A model generated the notes under the pieces. It saw only the letters and a program-made list of their open reading frames with translations. It had not been told where the DNA came from and made no database searches. Shown here piece by piece: positions 12,330 to 25,592 of a stretch of 64,000 nucleotides of DNA. Position 1 is the stretch's first letter. Every line of letters begins with the position of its first letter. The position numbers and the translations under genes are program-made. Source of the stretch: Gnetum montanum (Eukaryota; Plantae; Gnetophyta). Location of the stretch: contig MNCI01001817.1 of the NCBI GenBank assembly GCA_015680685.1, positions 2,634 through 66,633 of the forward strand, written 5' to 3'.

Positions 12330-13789
12330 TAATAGTAGATTAATAAATTTTATTTGTTTCTTTAATTTTTCAACTTTTTGTTTTCCAGTTTTTCACCTTT
12401 TAATTTATTGCTTTATCTTTTTGTCTGTTTATCTTTTTATGAGTAATCTCATCTATGAATAAAGCACTCATGTGACTCATTGGTTGAGGTGTTGTTCTCT
12501 GCTATTAAGTCTCAGGTGACTAATTACTTGAACAACGTGCCCATAACATCCACCTACCCATTCCATTAATAAGAGGTTCTACCCTAGGTACAATGATGTT
12601 CCTAATCATTAAAACTTAAAGTAACCTTGTGTTTATTATACCTAGAGCAAAGAAGGATGGACTAAGCAGGAATGGCCAGGGTGTGACCTCAAGGGGACTT
12701 GTGGATTCTCTTTGGTGATATCTATAGGAGTTATCATGCAGCTTGGTTGTACTAAGATCCTTGTAGATCTAATGAAAAATGGGAGTAAGAGTAATCAAAA
12801 GGCACTCAATCAAGGAAACTCAATGCTATTCTAGGGGTTCCCACTAGAAAGACATGCACCCATGCATGAAGGTAGGTGGCTTCTCTGGCTTAAGCATTCA
12901 TTCCATCAAAAAAAAAAGAGAAAAGATCAAGACAAAAGTGCCGTAAAGAAATTTTAAATCACTCCTCCCTTGAATGAAACACCAAGTGATCATACACCTT
13001 ACTATCATGATCCTCTTATGAATGTCCACCATGGGAAAAAACAATGCGATGTCATTGATCAAAGGAATGAACTTGGTCCTAATTTTTAAGTGACAGGTTA
13101 ATGACACATTAATCATGCCTTACACTGAGGATTCATTATGCCCTAAGCCAGTTACCTCATGTCCCAATCTCTGCAATCCCTTCTACAATTCACCTCATCT
13201 CACTATTCATGAAGTTGTGACTCGTGTCTTATGTAGCATTGAATTTATACCTCATCACAGTGGTATCTACATATGTGTGTTTTGTGGAATTGGTGTGAAT
13301 TACATTTAACCCTTCTAGTGCCTACAGACATTTTAAGGTGTGGTTACGCAAGGGCATTATAGGTTGGAACCTACTTTGGGGAGGATCCACTTGCATAACC
13401 CTTGTAATCTACACTCACAACACATCAACATCACATCATTTTATACCCTCCAAGAATTACAATACTCTTTCCCTCATTATATTTCTAGTTCAAACATTCC
13501 TATGAACCAACATGTGTCCTTTCTCCTCATCTGATTCATGCATTCCATTGCTAGATTCTACACCATTATATTTTTTGTGTCTTCAAGACTATTTAATATT
13601 ACTCTAAACCTTTTACACCAACTTCAAGTGCTTCATTTTTGAGTTTAGAATTTTAGAAATTTATCAATTTTTCTAAGTACCCTACTTTAAACAAGCCATG
13701 ATATTGCGTATGCGCTATCATGTCTGATGTGATATCATGGTCATGCTATCGCGTACGTGATATTGCGTCACACACGACTATATATTTAG

Positions 13790-13790
<1 letters not shown>

Positions 13791-13825
<35 letters not shown>
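13791..13825. repeat. Poly(C) tract, 35 nt followed by N
   Basis: Directly visible, just downstream of TATATAT at ~13779. Confidence 0.9.
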
Positions 13826-14301
13826 NCATTTTCAACTGTTCACGTAGGGGAATTTTTTAAATCTTCTTCTACAACTCACGACTTGCACACCTCTTGTCCC
13901 AATAGCCATAACTCGCTCACTAGCACTCTGATTATTATTCTGAAAGAACCTACTTGAACCCGGAGTGTTCAACATAGTCATGTGGGAGGGGTACACTCTA
14001 AATTGCTTATAAATTTTTTGAAATTCATCTGAAGGATACTATAAAGGGTAATTAATTACAAAAAATGATGATAAACATGTGCCAAAAACAATCTTATCTC
14101 CTCACCTACACCAGGAAATTAAATTTTAAAAACACCTAATCAAATTAAGGGGCCCAATATTAAAACTCTTAGGGAACATTTCCACAAGATTTTCTAACTT
14201 TGGATCACATGAAATAAGAAATGCATTCATTAAGACAAAAGTAAGATATAACTTAAATTTTGTAAACAACCTTACTAATGGTCGGCCTTGTGTGATTGCA
14301 A

Positions 14302-17085
14302 ATGGCCCCTAAACATGAAAAACAAGAAGGACCCTCTCAAGGTGTGTCTAATCAACCTAGGAGAGGTAGAGGACAAGTGTCTCCTGAACAACATGCAAAG
14401 TAGGAGGCGCAATCATTTAGCATCCATTAAGATATTCCTGTTACTATGCAGTTAGAACAAGCGAAAGGAGGAGCTGCTGAAGCGCCTGAATAGGGACAAC
14501 ACCTCATGTTGTCCCCAAAGTGTGTCCAAGCTATTTGAGAAAGGTCCACGTCAGCAGCTGTGATCATGGAATGAAACTTTGGACCTTTCACGAAATTCAC
14601 TCCTAAGGCTGTTAGGAACCAACTCAAAGGGTCTCCATTATGGCCTATCCTCTCTGAAAGTGGTGCCTAGTACTTAGGAGAAACATACCAATTTTGACAT
14701 AATAAGGAAGAAGGCACCATAGTTGACATTTGTGGTGTGTCTGTAGATTTTTCTGCCAAGGCCATTGCAGAAGTGTTGAACCTTCTAAATACAGGGCCAA
14801 AAGTTGCTCACCTATCCACTTGCTCTGATGCTGATGTGCAAAGACTTTGGTTGGACAGGGCGTACAGCAAAGAGGACAAGACATATGGAGAGTTGACATT
14901 GGAAGAAAGGATATACTTCAAGATTGGCACTTACCACATCTTCCCCATGAGAGGATTAAAAAGAATATCAATGTATGTGGCAAGAGGAAGTGTGATATTG
15001 ATGGTAAAGACTAATGCTTACCTTCCTCATCTGTATCTCATGGATATCTTGAGACGATTTGAAGAACGCAAGATAGGGAAGTTCACATTGCCCTTCCCTT
15101 GTCTCATCAGGAAGCTATGCAAATGTGCTGGTATTCTGGGGTACACCAATGACGTTCTTAGAAGAGCCCAAAATGCTTCGTTCGCTGAACTACTAAAGCC
15201 ACCAGCCCCAAGGAAAAGTGCTGGTGAGACACTAGAGGCAGAGCAAGAACAGACGGTGGGGCCCATTGTAACTCAAACTGCAGGGCCTAGCCAACACCCA
15301 GACACAAGGCCCATTCAACAACAAGCAGGGCCCAACACAAGCCAGCAAGACCAACCGTCACTACCGTCGCAGGATTATTGACTGTCGATGAGCCATCTCA
15401 GAGCCATTGCTAAGACAGTCAGTTGGGGAAGTTGTGCTGATGCTAATCTCTTTTGCGTCATCAATGACACCGCACAGTCCATAATTCCTATTGATCATGC
15501 ATGAGGCAAGGTGTCCATTCAAACAGGGGGAGTGGAGACTCATTGGTACAACATATTTCAAGAAATGCTACATCTTTCCAGGTGCAATTGGAAACAGGTG
15601 AAGGGGCCATAGTGGTGGTTATGCAACACCAAGATGTAGCAAGAGCCATAGAAGTGGTCACAGATCACATCAAAGAATCTTTCAATGTCCCTATTGTGCC
15701 ACTGGCAGATTTCACAGGAGCATGGGATTCTCAAACTCTAGCCAGTCCCTCAATGACTCTTACAGAGCAGGATGTCCTTGATTGATTGCTGCAGATAGGA
15801 CAAGTAATGAAGTCCTTTTTCGACATCCCACAAGATGTCATGACAGCACAATCAGAGCTCATCTCCACCAAAGGAAAATTGGTCATGGCAGAGATCAGGG
15901 TCAAGCATGTGGAAGTGGAGTTGGCAAGGCTCCAAGAAAGGCTCATTACCTTGCAAGCTACACAGTGAGAGCCATCTCAGTTTGTTCCCATAGACCAATT
16001 GGACACTTTTAGGATGGAACAGCTTAATAAACTATTGGTGGATAATAAAAGAGTGGCGGAGGAAAAGGAGAAGGCTAACTGGGATGCCTCCAAGGCGCAA
16101 GCGTAAACCTATGCGCACACCAAGGCACTCAGAGCCTTACAGGAAGAGAATAAACAACTTGCTGCTGACAATCTTTGGTTGACCACTATGGAGAAATAGA
16201 AGAATGTTCTTGAGGAAAAATTTCAACAATTATAAGAATAGTTGGTCAGGGTCAACGAAGACATGAACCATTTGGCCAGAGAGAATCAAACCCTCTTAAT
16301 GGAGGAGGTACGTGCAATGCGTCAGAAGACAGCCATCAAAATAACCATGTGGCAAAATGAGGCCAAGAAGCATGAAAAGTTTAAAAAGCACTTTAGAGAC
16401 TAGGTGGGGATGTACATGCAAGTCATAGAAAATGAGATCCATATGGCCAAGGCCCACATCAACACTTTCAGTGCTCAACACACTAATTGGCAGGCCATAT
16501 TGGACACATGCATTTGCCCACTAAGCAAAGCTTAAAAGCCTAAACCTGTAGATTCAAGATCTCACAGAGTACATGGAATTGGAAAACTTGCGATATGCCA
16601 ATCTACCCATGTTGACAGTAGGACACCAGAGAACAGAGCTCAAGAAGTAGGTAGCTACCACCTATGCTAAATATGAAGCAGAATTTGCGAAGCACAAGAA
16701 AATGTTATAGAAGCTAGAAGTCACAAATTCTAAACTAGAGGTGGTTAAGACCAGCTACCAAGGCCAGAAAGATGTCATAGCAGACTTGGCTTGACAGCTT
16801 ATAGATTTTCAAGAGTACAAGGACAAAGCCAGAGCCTATGAGGAGGAACAACGGTTGTTTGTAGCCTGGTACATCAAAGCAAATAAGATGTTCCCACAAC
16901 TACCATGTCCATGGGAGGTGCCAACTCCATCAAATGTTGGAGCATCAACATGGATGGCAGAGGATCCCTGAACTAAAGAAGAAAAGCTCCAGGCACTCCC
17001 TCAGAGCCATCAAATCCCAAAGCCCAAAGCACAAGACCAAGAAAAGTGACCCATGAAGGATCCTCCGCCATCTGGAATCACATGA
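14302..17085 (+). pseudogene. Athila-type accessory ('env-like'/plant transposon protein) ORF with C-terminal coiled coil, disrupted
   Basis: Starts MAPK...RGRGQ. Contains VSVDFSAKAIAEVLNL and HIFP...YLPHL...LPFPCLIRKLCKCAGI, typical of plant LTR accessory ORFs, then a Q/P linker and long heptad-rich segments. Confidence 0.7.
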
Positions 17086-18142
17086 GTTCCACAAAATTTT
17101 GTAATTTTGTGATTTTGTTTTCTTTTTTGTGTCTATCCTAATTTTTTTCTATTCAATTCTCCACAGTAGCATGAATATATTCCTAGTCAGTCAATAATCC
17201 CATACCTCTCCACTGTGTTATCAATGGAGCTTGTTCTCATTTTGTTTGACTCGAGGACAAGTTTTTATTCAATCGTGGGGGTATGATGAATCATGATTCA
17301 TTAGGCCATGATATCAAACCTTCAATATCGCGTACACGATATTGGGTATGTGATATCGCAGCCTAGCTCGCGATATCGGATGCACGATATTGTGGTTCCT
17401 GTGTGAGCCTATAAATACACAATGGGGCATACAAGAAAGTAATAGCAAGTTAGTTTTCAGTTAGTAAATAGAAGTTAGTTCATTTTTAGTTCTTCTTAAC
17501 CCTTTCTCCCAGTGCATGCTCGCAGTGTAATAATTGTAATTGTATGGCACCTTTATTCAAGTGTGATGTATTTGGACACTCACATGACCAGAAATAAAGA
17601 TCAAGATTAGTTCATCATTGTAGCATTTACTTAGTTTAATTATTTAATTGTTATTATTATTTATTACTTTTGTAGTTAGTATCTCTTCACCCTAAACTCC
17701 TTAAACATGGAATGAGTACAACTTAATCATGAGCATTCAAGTGTGACTACTTGGTATCCAAGTAGCGTACCTAGGCCATGTGCTTGGTAACCCCAGTGGT
17801 AGTCATGCATGAGGTCCAAGATGTGTACGGATGATTAAGGAACAGATCCTCATTACACTTAGGCTAGCTTAGACTCTCTCCCCCTTTTCCTCCTAGCTTA
17901 ATTAAAGTTATTTTCCATTGCCTCTAGGAGTAGCACTAGTTTAGAAACTACATCATACACCTCACTCTAGACTAAACCATCTGTGACAAAGCAAATACTA
18001 GTCTAGGTGGGAAGACAACGAATTGTGATCAATGAGTAACTATCTAGATACCACAGTTAGCCCATCTGCAGAGTTCAATCAGATCATGGATGAAATGCTC
18101 ATATTCGTATGGTTGAGTGTAAGGGTACCTCGCCGCTCATCA

Positions 18143-21100
18143 TGCCCAAAGGACATCGTTGAGTTTGGTGCTCTAGTCTTTCCTATATCTACTAATAGTT
18201 CATGTTAGAATTTGTGTGATCTTCTTACTGGTTACTGCTACTTGACTATTAGCTTAGGGATGATAGGGTGTTGTGAGTTTATGTTACACCGCTAAGCATG
18301 GCATTAACTTTTAAAAGGTACCTTCTATGAAATGTGTTCCATTGTCAAAAATTAGTGCTCTAGGTATACCAAACCTATTTATCACTTATTGTTGAAAGAA
18401 TCAAGCTATAGTAGTAGAGGTACAATCAGAAACTATTGTGGCTTTAGCCTACTTGGTACAGTAGTTAAAGCAATAATAATGTACAATTTCTTATTGGACA
18501 TGGAAGTGAAATCAATTCTCTGAAGATTAAAAGGCTTCAATGGTTGAATCTACTATTGGAGGCCTTTCATTCTGGTTGTCATTCCTGCATCTCATTGACA
18601 CCTCCCTCAAGAATGGAAAAAATGATGAGCATTCCTAAATATTATTGGTCAAAAATATCCTACCTTTAGGATCTTTGTGGCTGTCCTTCTTCCTACATAG
18701 TAATCCTCATAACGATCCTTGTGAGCATTTTGGAGAACTCTTAGTTGATCTACATTAGGTACACACCATCATACTAGACCACCAACACAAACCTTATAGA
18801 GGTTTCCTTTGATCTCTATGTAATGTTTGACTTGGTGAAGAAATTGATGTTTCTTCCTATGATCCCATTCAGTAGGATCCTTCTGCATGAGTAGATATGA
18901 GAGAAGTTTAGTTATCCTTAATGCATGAACTTTAGTTATCTTAGCAAAGAGAAGTTTATCTAGAAATTGATCAAATAAGAGCTCTTTGTTATCATTGCTA
19001 TCCCATCGTAATTGAGATAAATGATCTACAACTATATTTTTAGTCCCTTTTCTTTCCACCATTATAAGATCAAACTCCTATAAGATCACCAACCACTGTA
19101 TAACATAGGAGCTTATCATAGGCTTATTTATTAGGAAGCAAATTACACTATGATTACAAAAATAGGATATCCAAGCACATAGTGCCTGAATCTTTCTAAG
19201 TCATACATCACCACCATAAACTCTTTTTCCATAGTAGTGTAATTGAGTTATGCACCCATAATGCTTCTCCTTGTACAATGGATATAATATGGGAATTTTT
19301 AATCATCCATTTGTATCAATACCATCCCTAATGTATAGTTGGATGCATCTATCATGATGTGAAATGGTTTGGACCTTTCAAGAATACATAGAATTAGAGT
19401 CTTTGCAAGCTTTTGCTTCAACTATTAAAATGCTTATTCACATTCCCTAATCCATTCAAAGACTACCTCATTCTTCATAAGCTTTACTAGTGGCTTGGCT
19501 ATTTTAGAGAAGTTTTTAATGAAATGCCTATAGTAACCAATATAACCAAGGAATGACCTCATATATTTGACAATTTGAGATTATCTAGTTATTTCCTATA
19601 TGATCCATATCTTTTCATGGTCTGCCTCAATTCCTTTTTCTAAAATTCTATGTCCCAAAACAATGTCTTCTTGGACCATCAAGTGTCTTTTTTACTAGTT
19701 GAGTTGTAGGTTTATCTCCATACATTATTTTAGTACTTGCTCAAGATGGTCCAATGCTTGTTCAAAGTTAGTGCCATAGGTGGAAAAGTCATCCATAAAG
19801 ACTTTTATACCGCTACCAATTTATTGCTAAAAGATGTTTATAACTAAGTATTGCAAAGTTACAAGGGCATTACAAAGGCCAAAGGGCATCTTCTCATATG
19901 TGAAAGTTCCCCACAGACTTGTAAAGGTTTTTTTTGGCTTCGTCTTCTAGAGCAATTTGTATTTGCTTGTACCCAGTGTATCCGTTGAAAAAACTATAAT
20001 AATTCTGCCCTGCAGTTGTATCCAACACTTGGTCCATGAATGACAATGAAAAATGATCTTTGAAGGTAACCATGTTCAATAGTCTAAAGTTGATATAGGC
20101 CCTCCATTATCCTCTTTTCTTCAATATAATGATGAGTGGGCTTACTCATTCACTATCTACCACTAGATAAATGAATCCTACATTAAGAAGTTTTTCAACT
20201 TCATTTTTTAAATCTTGTTTCAGTTTCAAATTCAACCTTCTTTATGGTTGTCTCTTGGATTTAATAGTGGAATCTATATAAATCCAATGTTGCCATATGT
20301 GTGGATCAATTTTTGTTAATTCATCATATGATCAAGCAAAGGCTATTGGCCATTTGTTTACTAGTTTTAGTAGCTTCCCCTTTTTTTCCTTAGTGAGGTT
20401 AGCATTGATGATTACCAACTTACCATTATCAAGAAATACATATTCCAATTCATTTTGGATTCTTCCTTGTATTCCATTTAGAAGAGTTGGTTTTGAATTT
20501 TCTCCATTTCATCCATCTTATTAATATAAGCACTTGGGAGGATTTTAACTAGTTCCATGCACATTGTTAAATTAGAGCTAGTATCAATTGTTAGCCACTA
20601 GGTACCCTCTTGTTTTCTGACTGCTGCATACATGCACCTTTGAACATTTGATGTTTTGGAACACTTCTTACATGTTGTGATGAATGTGTTCTTTATAACC
20701 CATATTTTTTACATGTAATGGTACCATGTGTCACTATACACAATGCATAAAACACTCTTCTTCTTAACCTTTCCAAATTCATTTTCCTTGGAGATTTCCA
20801 AATAAAGATCTCTAATCCCTAGCTTGACATTAATTATGCTTAGCTAAGTCCTTTTCATGATAATTGGAAAGTCCCCCTTATATTTGTTCTTATGGATGAC
20901 GAGGAAATCCACTAGATAGGACCGTCCACAAATGATGGTCATAATATCCTCCACCAATTCCAAAGGAATGTTGATGGATTGATCAACAAGCTCTAATCTA
21001 ATGTTACATTTCTTTAGTATAGGGAAATTCCTAGTTTTATACAATTCTTAAGAAATTAAGTTCACCTTGAAACTTGAGTCTAGTAGAGCTTTGCACAAAC

Positions 21101-21150
21101 CATTTCCTATAATTTGTAAGTAAATTAGAGGGCTTCCAATATCAAATCTT
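18143..21150 (-). pseudogene. Degenerate gypsy pol (protease, RT, RNase H, integrase N-part)
   Basis: ALLDSSFKVNL, KDHFSLSFMDQVLD..G..YYSFFNGYTGY.QI, KVFMDDFST, PFHIMIDASNY, RKGTKNIVVDHLS, RFGIPRALI.DNG.HF. Confidence 0.9.
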
Positions 21151-22068
21151 TTTTTGGGAAGGTGTATTACCTTTATCTAGTATGTAAATGCATGAGTTAA
21201 CATGACAATATATACATTTTGGGATCATTGGTTTGAAGTTTCCTTAGTGATTATCTTAGGAGTAGCTTGAGAAGCATCAATAGCCACAGATGCCTATAGG
21301 GGTTTATGTGAACTATTGGATCTGAAGAAAGTCCTTTTTTGAGGCTTATGCTTAGAATTGTTCAAATTGTAGTCTAGCTATAAGTTGCCAACCCACATGA
21401 AATTATGTTGCTAAGGTCATGGTGGTATCTCATCTTGCATAAGTGGCATAGGTGGTATAGGAGTGGAATTGGAAGGTGCAAAGTATTGCGGTGGATAAGG
21501 AGAAGTATAAGTCAAAGGAGATACAACTCATAAAGTAGTCACTCTATGATATTTAGGGGGATAATAGTGGTGGAAAAAAGGTGTGGCTTGTAGAGCCACT
21601 AGGAGATACAATTTGTTGAACATAATATCCATATGGATTTGGTTGGTGATAAGGATATTGCTACCTTGGCAGTGGCATCCCCTATGGCTGTAGGTTTTAA
21701 CATTGATGATAATGCTCTTCATGTTGAGATGGCACTCCACTTGGATAATACTATTCTTGGTGAAATTATTATCGATGATTGCCTTGTGAATAAGGCAATC
21801 TCTTGGGTAGTTTCCTTTTAAAAAATTTTGGATTCAAGGCATAGATCCTAGATTCTTAGAGGTGCAACAGTACATGAGAACATCCTTTGAGATGTTCATA
21901 TTGGTAGATGTCACATCCTTCTTCCTTTGTTTCAAAATCTACAACCTCATCAATTACTATAGCCTTATATTTTTGTTGATCATAGTTCTTTTTTGTATCC
22001 TTTCTTCTCCTTTTATCCTTATCTCAATTCCCCTACTTTGCTTTCTTCTCCATAATTTTTAGAGTAGT

Positions 22069-23750
22069 TTAAAACTTCTCATCCAAGAAGTCCCACATTT
22101 GTTCCATCTTAGCTGATATCTCTATGATAGATTTTTGGATCAGTAAGGTTTTCATTTTTACCACTTCTTCTAGTAATGCTTCCTCCTCAGGATCATAGAG
22201 ACATACTTCCCTTTTGTAAATGAAGGGGTCTCTATTATACTCTGATATACTTTCTTGCTTTTTAAGTTCTTCTTCTTCCTTGACCACTTGATCAATAAGC
22301 CTTTGGATCTAATGGATCTTCATTTTTACAATCCCCCTTGGGCCTAATCCCCAAGAGTCTCTTTGGTTTTGTTTTTGAGCCCATTTATCACGTGGAAAAG
22401 TTATCTGCTTTGAGAGAAACCATGGCTTGGGCATTGATGCAAAAGATAGTAATACTTGCCCAAGGCTACATCAAGGGATATCATTACCTTGTATACACCC
22501 TTAGATTTATTTTCTTAAGTTAGGCACCCTGAAGTATGTTCGATATTTATTGTTGAATAGCTCTAATATTATACTTCATCTACGGATAAATTCCAGCTCC
22601 AAAGATGAGTACCAACTTTTCAATTTCTTAATAAATGGTATAGGGAACAATTTGAGTTTTTATCATTCATTTTCAATGTTTTGTAAGGTACAAGCATCGT
22701 GGAAGGCTCAAAAATGATGTTTTGGATCAACCTTATACCATTCCTCAAACTTAGGGATGTTGTTCGTATTAAGCCATTTGATTCAACTATCTCTTTAATG
22801 GCTGGTGGGAATATGAATTGCCTCTAAAATGTTTATCATGCTTATCGTAGCAAATAGTGGCTCATCATAGTCATCGTTTTCATGGTGGTCCTCATTATGG
22901 CTATGTCTTCTATGATGTGGCTTGATATGCCTTTATTCCCAATGATGTCTCTCCTCTTCTTATTGTTGTTCATGCTCTTTCCTTTCATCTCTATGATGGG
23001 GCCTTCTATCATCTTCATCTCAACCTCGAATCCTTCAGTCTCGATTGCATTCCCCCATTATAGAGTTTGAAAATGAGGAGGATGATGAGGGTGGAGGACT
23101 AGAGAGTTGTCCTAGCTTATTCTTCTCCTTTAGTCTCTTGGTTATTCTCTTGGTGAATAGTTGGGAAACCTTAGCCTTGAGGTTTCCCTAGTTTTGGAAT
23201 CAATTGTCCCCTTACCTTGGTTGCTTGCCAAGGTTAAACATAATCATTGATAAGTCATATCATCCTCACCAAAGGAAGGAGGACCTTGGCACTAAGATTT
23301 CCATGATGAAAAATCTAGATCCTCCTTCTTTGATAGTGAAATTAATGAGATTGAAGCCTTTTTACCCTTGGAGGCTTCATGACTTTTCTCCATGAGTTTA
23401 TCTTTTCTAAGTTGAGCATCTATTGATTGATAGTCCTTGGAGAGGTGCTCCTTTATTTGGTAATTTGGGGCTACTGGTTCAAGTCCTAGATTCATGAAAG
23501 CTACCATTAACATTGAAAGAATAGACTGATCAGGGGGTAATACAACACTATCCTCCAAGTCTCTCTAGCGTAGCTATTCATCCTGATGAAGGATGAAAGT
23601 GAAGTCCTAATCATATGGATCCGAATGTGAATAGACAACCTTTAGTTGTTGAGGTATCTCATCAGCATTCCTTCTAGGTTTATCATACTGTTAGTTAAAA
23701 TCATCAACAGATGGTGAATTAGCCCTACAAGAAGAAGATATCATAGTTTC
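22069..23750 (-). pseudogene. Degenerate gag of the host Athila-like element
   Basis: NNIPKFEE..VDPKHH...HDAC...KLKLFPIP on the minus strand, homologous to 10491-10994. Confidence 0.7.
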
Positions 23751-23896
23751 CTCTTATGTAGTATGCCTTAAGAAAATATTATTATTATTTTTCTTAAAGG
23801 TGATGTGTTATATTTTTACAATAACTTTGTATGATTTCACTATCTAAAAACAGTTAGTGCAAGTAGCTAAAACATAGTCCCCAACAATAGCACCAA

Positions 23897-24776
23897 TGAT
23901 AAGCAAAGGGTATTCCCTACGTTGAATCATATGAATCACTAGTGTGTATGTACTACCTGCTTGAATTCCATGGACTCCTTTTACCTAAGTGGCCTATATC
24001 CTTATATAGGAAAAGATGTCATTACTAGTTATTGTCTTTCCAATCATCACTTGTATTAAGTTGTTCATATGGCTAAGCGTGATTGAGTTATAAGATATTT
24101 ATTTTTATAATTTTGTATCATTTTCTTTATATGTAGAATGATAAAATAAAGGAAGAGTTGAATATTTAATTTTACTAATTAATTAACTAAACTATCCTAA
24201 ACATGGAGTATTTGTTTCCAGTTTCCATACACATCCTGAACGTACACTAACACTGCTAGGTTACCAAGTGTTCACTACTGAGCATACCAAGTATTCACTA
24301 TTGAGATTACCAAGCATTAGTATCTTATGCTCGAAGTGGCCATACTTACATTACTTATAAATTTAGAATATTAAATGTTGAAGGACAAGAAAGTAAATTG
24401 CATTCAAAGTAAAATACTGGAAAATAAACTTAAACTAATCCAAGTGTTGCAATGGATAGAAGAAATATTGATTTTATTGTTGTTCATGCAACTGTATCTA
24501 GGTACATATTATACTCAAATAAAATTCCATACAAATAATTCAATTCATGTTGTGGGCACTTAGAGGAAAATTTTTGCTAAGTTTTACGGGAGAAAACTAT
24601 AAGAGTTTAACTAAGGGAGTGAACAAATGGTGCCATAAATGTGGCTAGTGTGCATACTTTTTTAGGGTTTGAGAGGATTAGTGTTGATGCACATGTGCCA
24701 ATGCATCCTAAGATATGTCGACAAGGATGTTTCAATGGGAATGCATCAACACAATTGTCTTATGGATGTTTTGTCA
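23897..24776 (-). repeat. 5' LTR of the host Athila-like element (right end approximate)
   Basis: Begins with the reverse complement of the family LTR 3' end; adjacent decayed PBS at 23878-23895. Confidence 0.75.
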
Positions 24777-24806
24777 CTTAGTTTTTTAAAATACTAGTGT
24801 ACAAAG

Positions 24807-25592
24807 TCCCTGGTAATGGCACCAATGATGAGCAGCAAGAATCCCCTATGCTCAACCATACTAATCACAAGCATTTACACACAATCTGGTTGAATTCCAT
24901 AAACTTGGACTAGCAAGATATCCTAAACAACTAAGCATGAGATTTTTGATCATTGCCTTTCCAATCACAACTTGTAGTAGTTCAAGTAGCATGGTTAAGT
25001 GTAATTGGGGTGTAGGATGATTTCATTATTATTTAAAATATTAAAAAAATAAAAATATTAAAATATTAAACTAATTAATTAAGAAAATAAAAGAGGTCTA
25101 AACTAGCCTAAGCATTGAGCATCCATTCACTTTTTGTACACATCCTAAATTTATACTAAAGTTGTTAAGTTACCAGGTGTTTACTATTGGTGTACCAAGT
25201 ATCCACCACTAACATTATTGAACATCAATATATTATACTTGAAGTGGTTGTACTTAAGTTGCATTACTGAATAAAATATTTAATTACTACGTATAAGAAA
25301 GTAAAATGCATTAGGAGTGAAGTATTGAAAAGTAGACTAAATGCTAGTCCAAGTGTTGCAATGGTTGGACTTAATCTCGATTTTATTGTCTCCATGCATA
25401 AATGTCTTGGTACATGATGCACTTGAATGAAATTTTATACAAATGACTTAATCCATGCTATGCATACTTAGAGGGAAAAAATTCTAACTTTTACAAAGAA
25501 AAACTACAAAAAGTTTAGCTAAGCTACTTACCAAATGTATTATAAATACAATGGGTACATGCACATTTTGCCAAATTCATAGAATTACATTA
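24807..25592 (-). mobile_element. Second related LTR plus its own PBS (right end approximate)
   Basis: PBS revcomp TCCCTGGTAATGGCACCA at 24807-24824; LTR from 24826 is colinear with 23897-24650. Confidence 0.8.

Larger units (their letters stand above)
9186..18142 (+). mobile_element. Non-autonomous Athila-like LTR element (gag + accessory ORF, no pol) inserted in the host integrase
   Basis: LTRs at 9186-9859 and 17284-18142; PBS TGGCACCGTTGCCAGGGA at 9861-9878; PPT-like GTGGGGG before 17284; TSD TTCCC/TGCCC. Confidence 0.92.
1..24776 (-). mobile_element. Old degenerate Athila-like Ty3/gypsy LTR retrotransposon (host of four nested insertions; runs off the left edge)
   Basis: Minus strand order: LTR (~24776-23897), decayed tRNA-Asp-type PBS, gag, protease, RT, RNase H, integrase. 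The integrase reads KLNDVLWA at ~18143-18170 and continues YHSTWKLNIGYSSYELV.GK..KLP at ~9100-9185. The non-coding region (~8700 to 1) shares motifs with 12800-14250. Confidence 0.85.
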
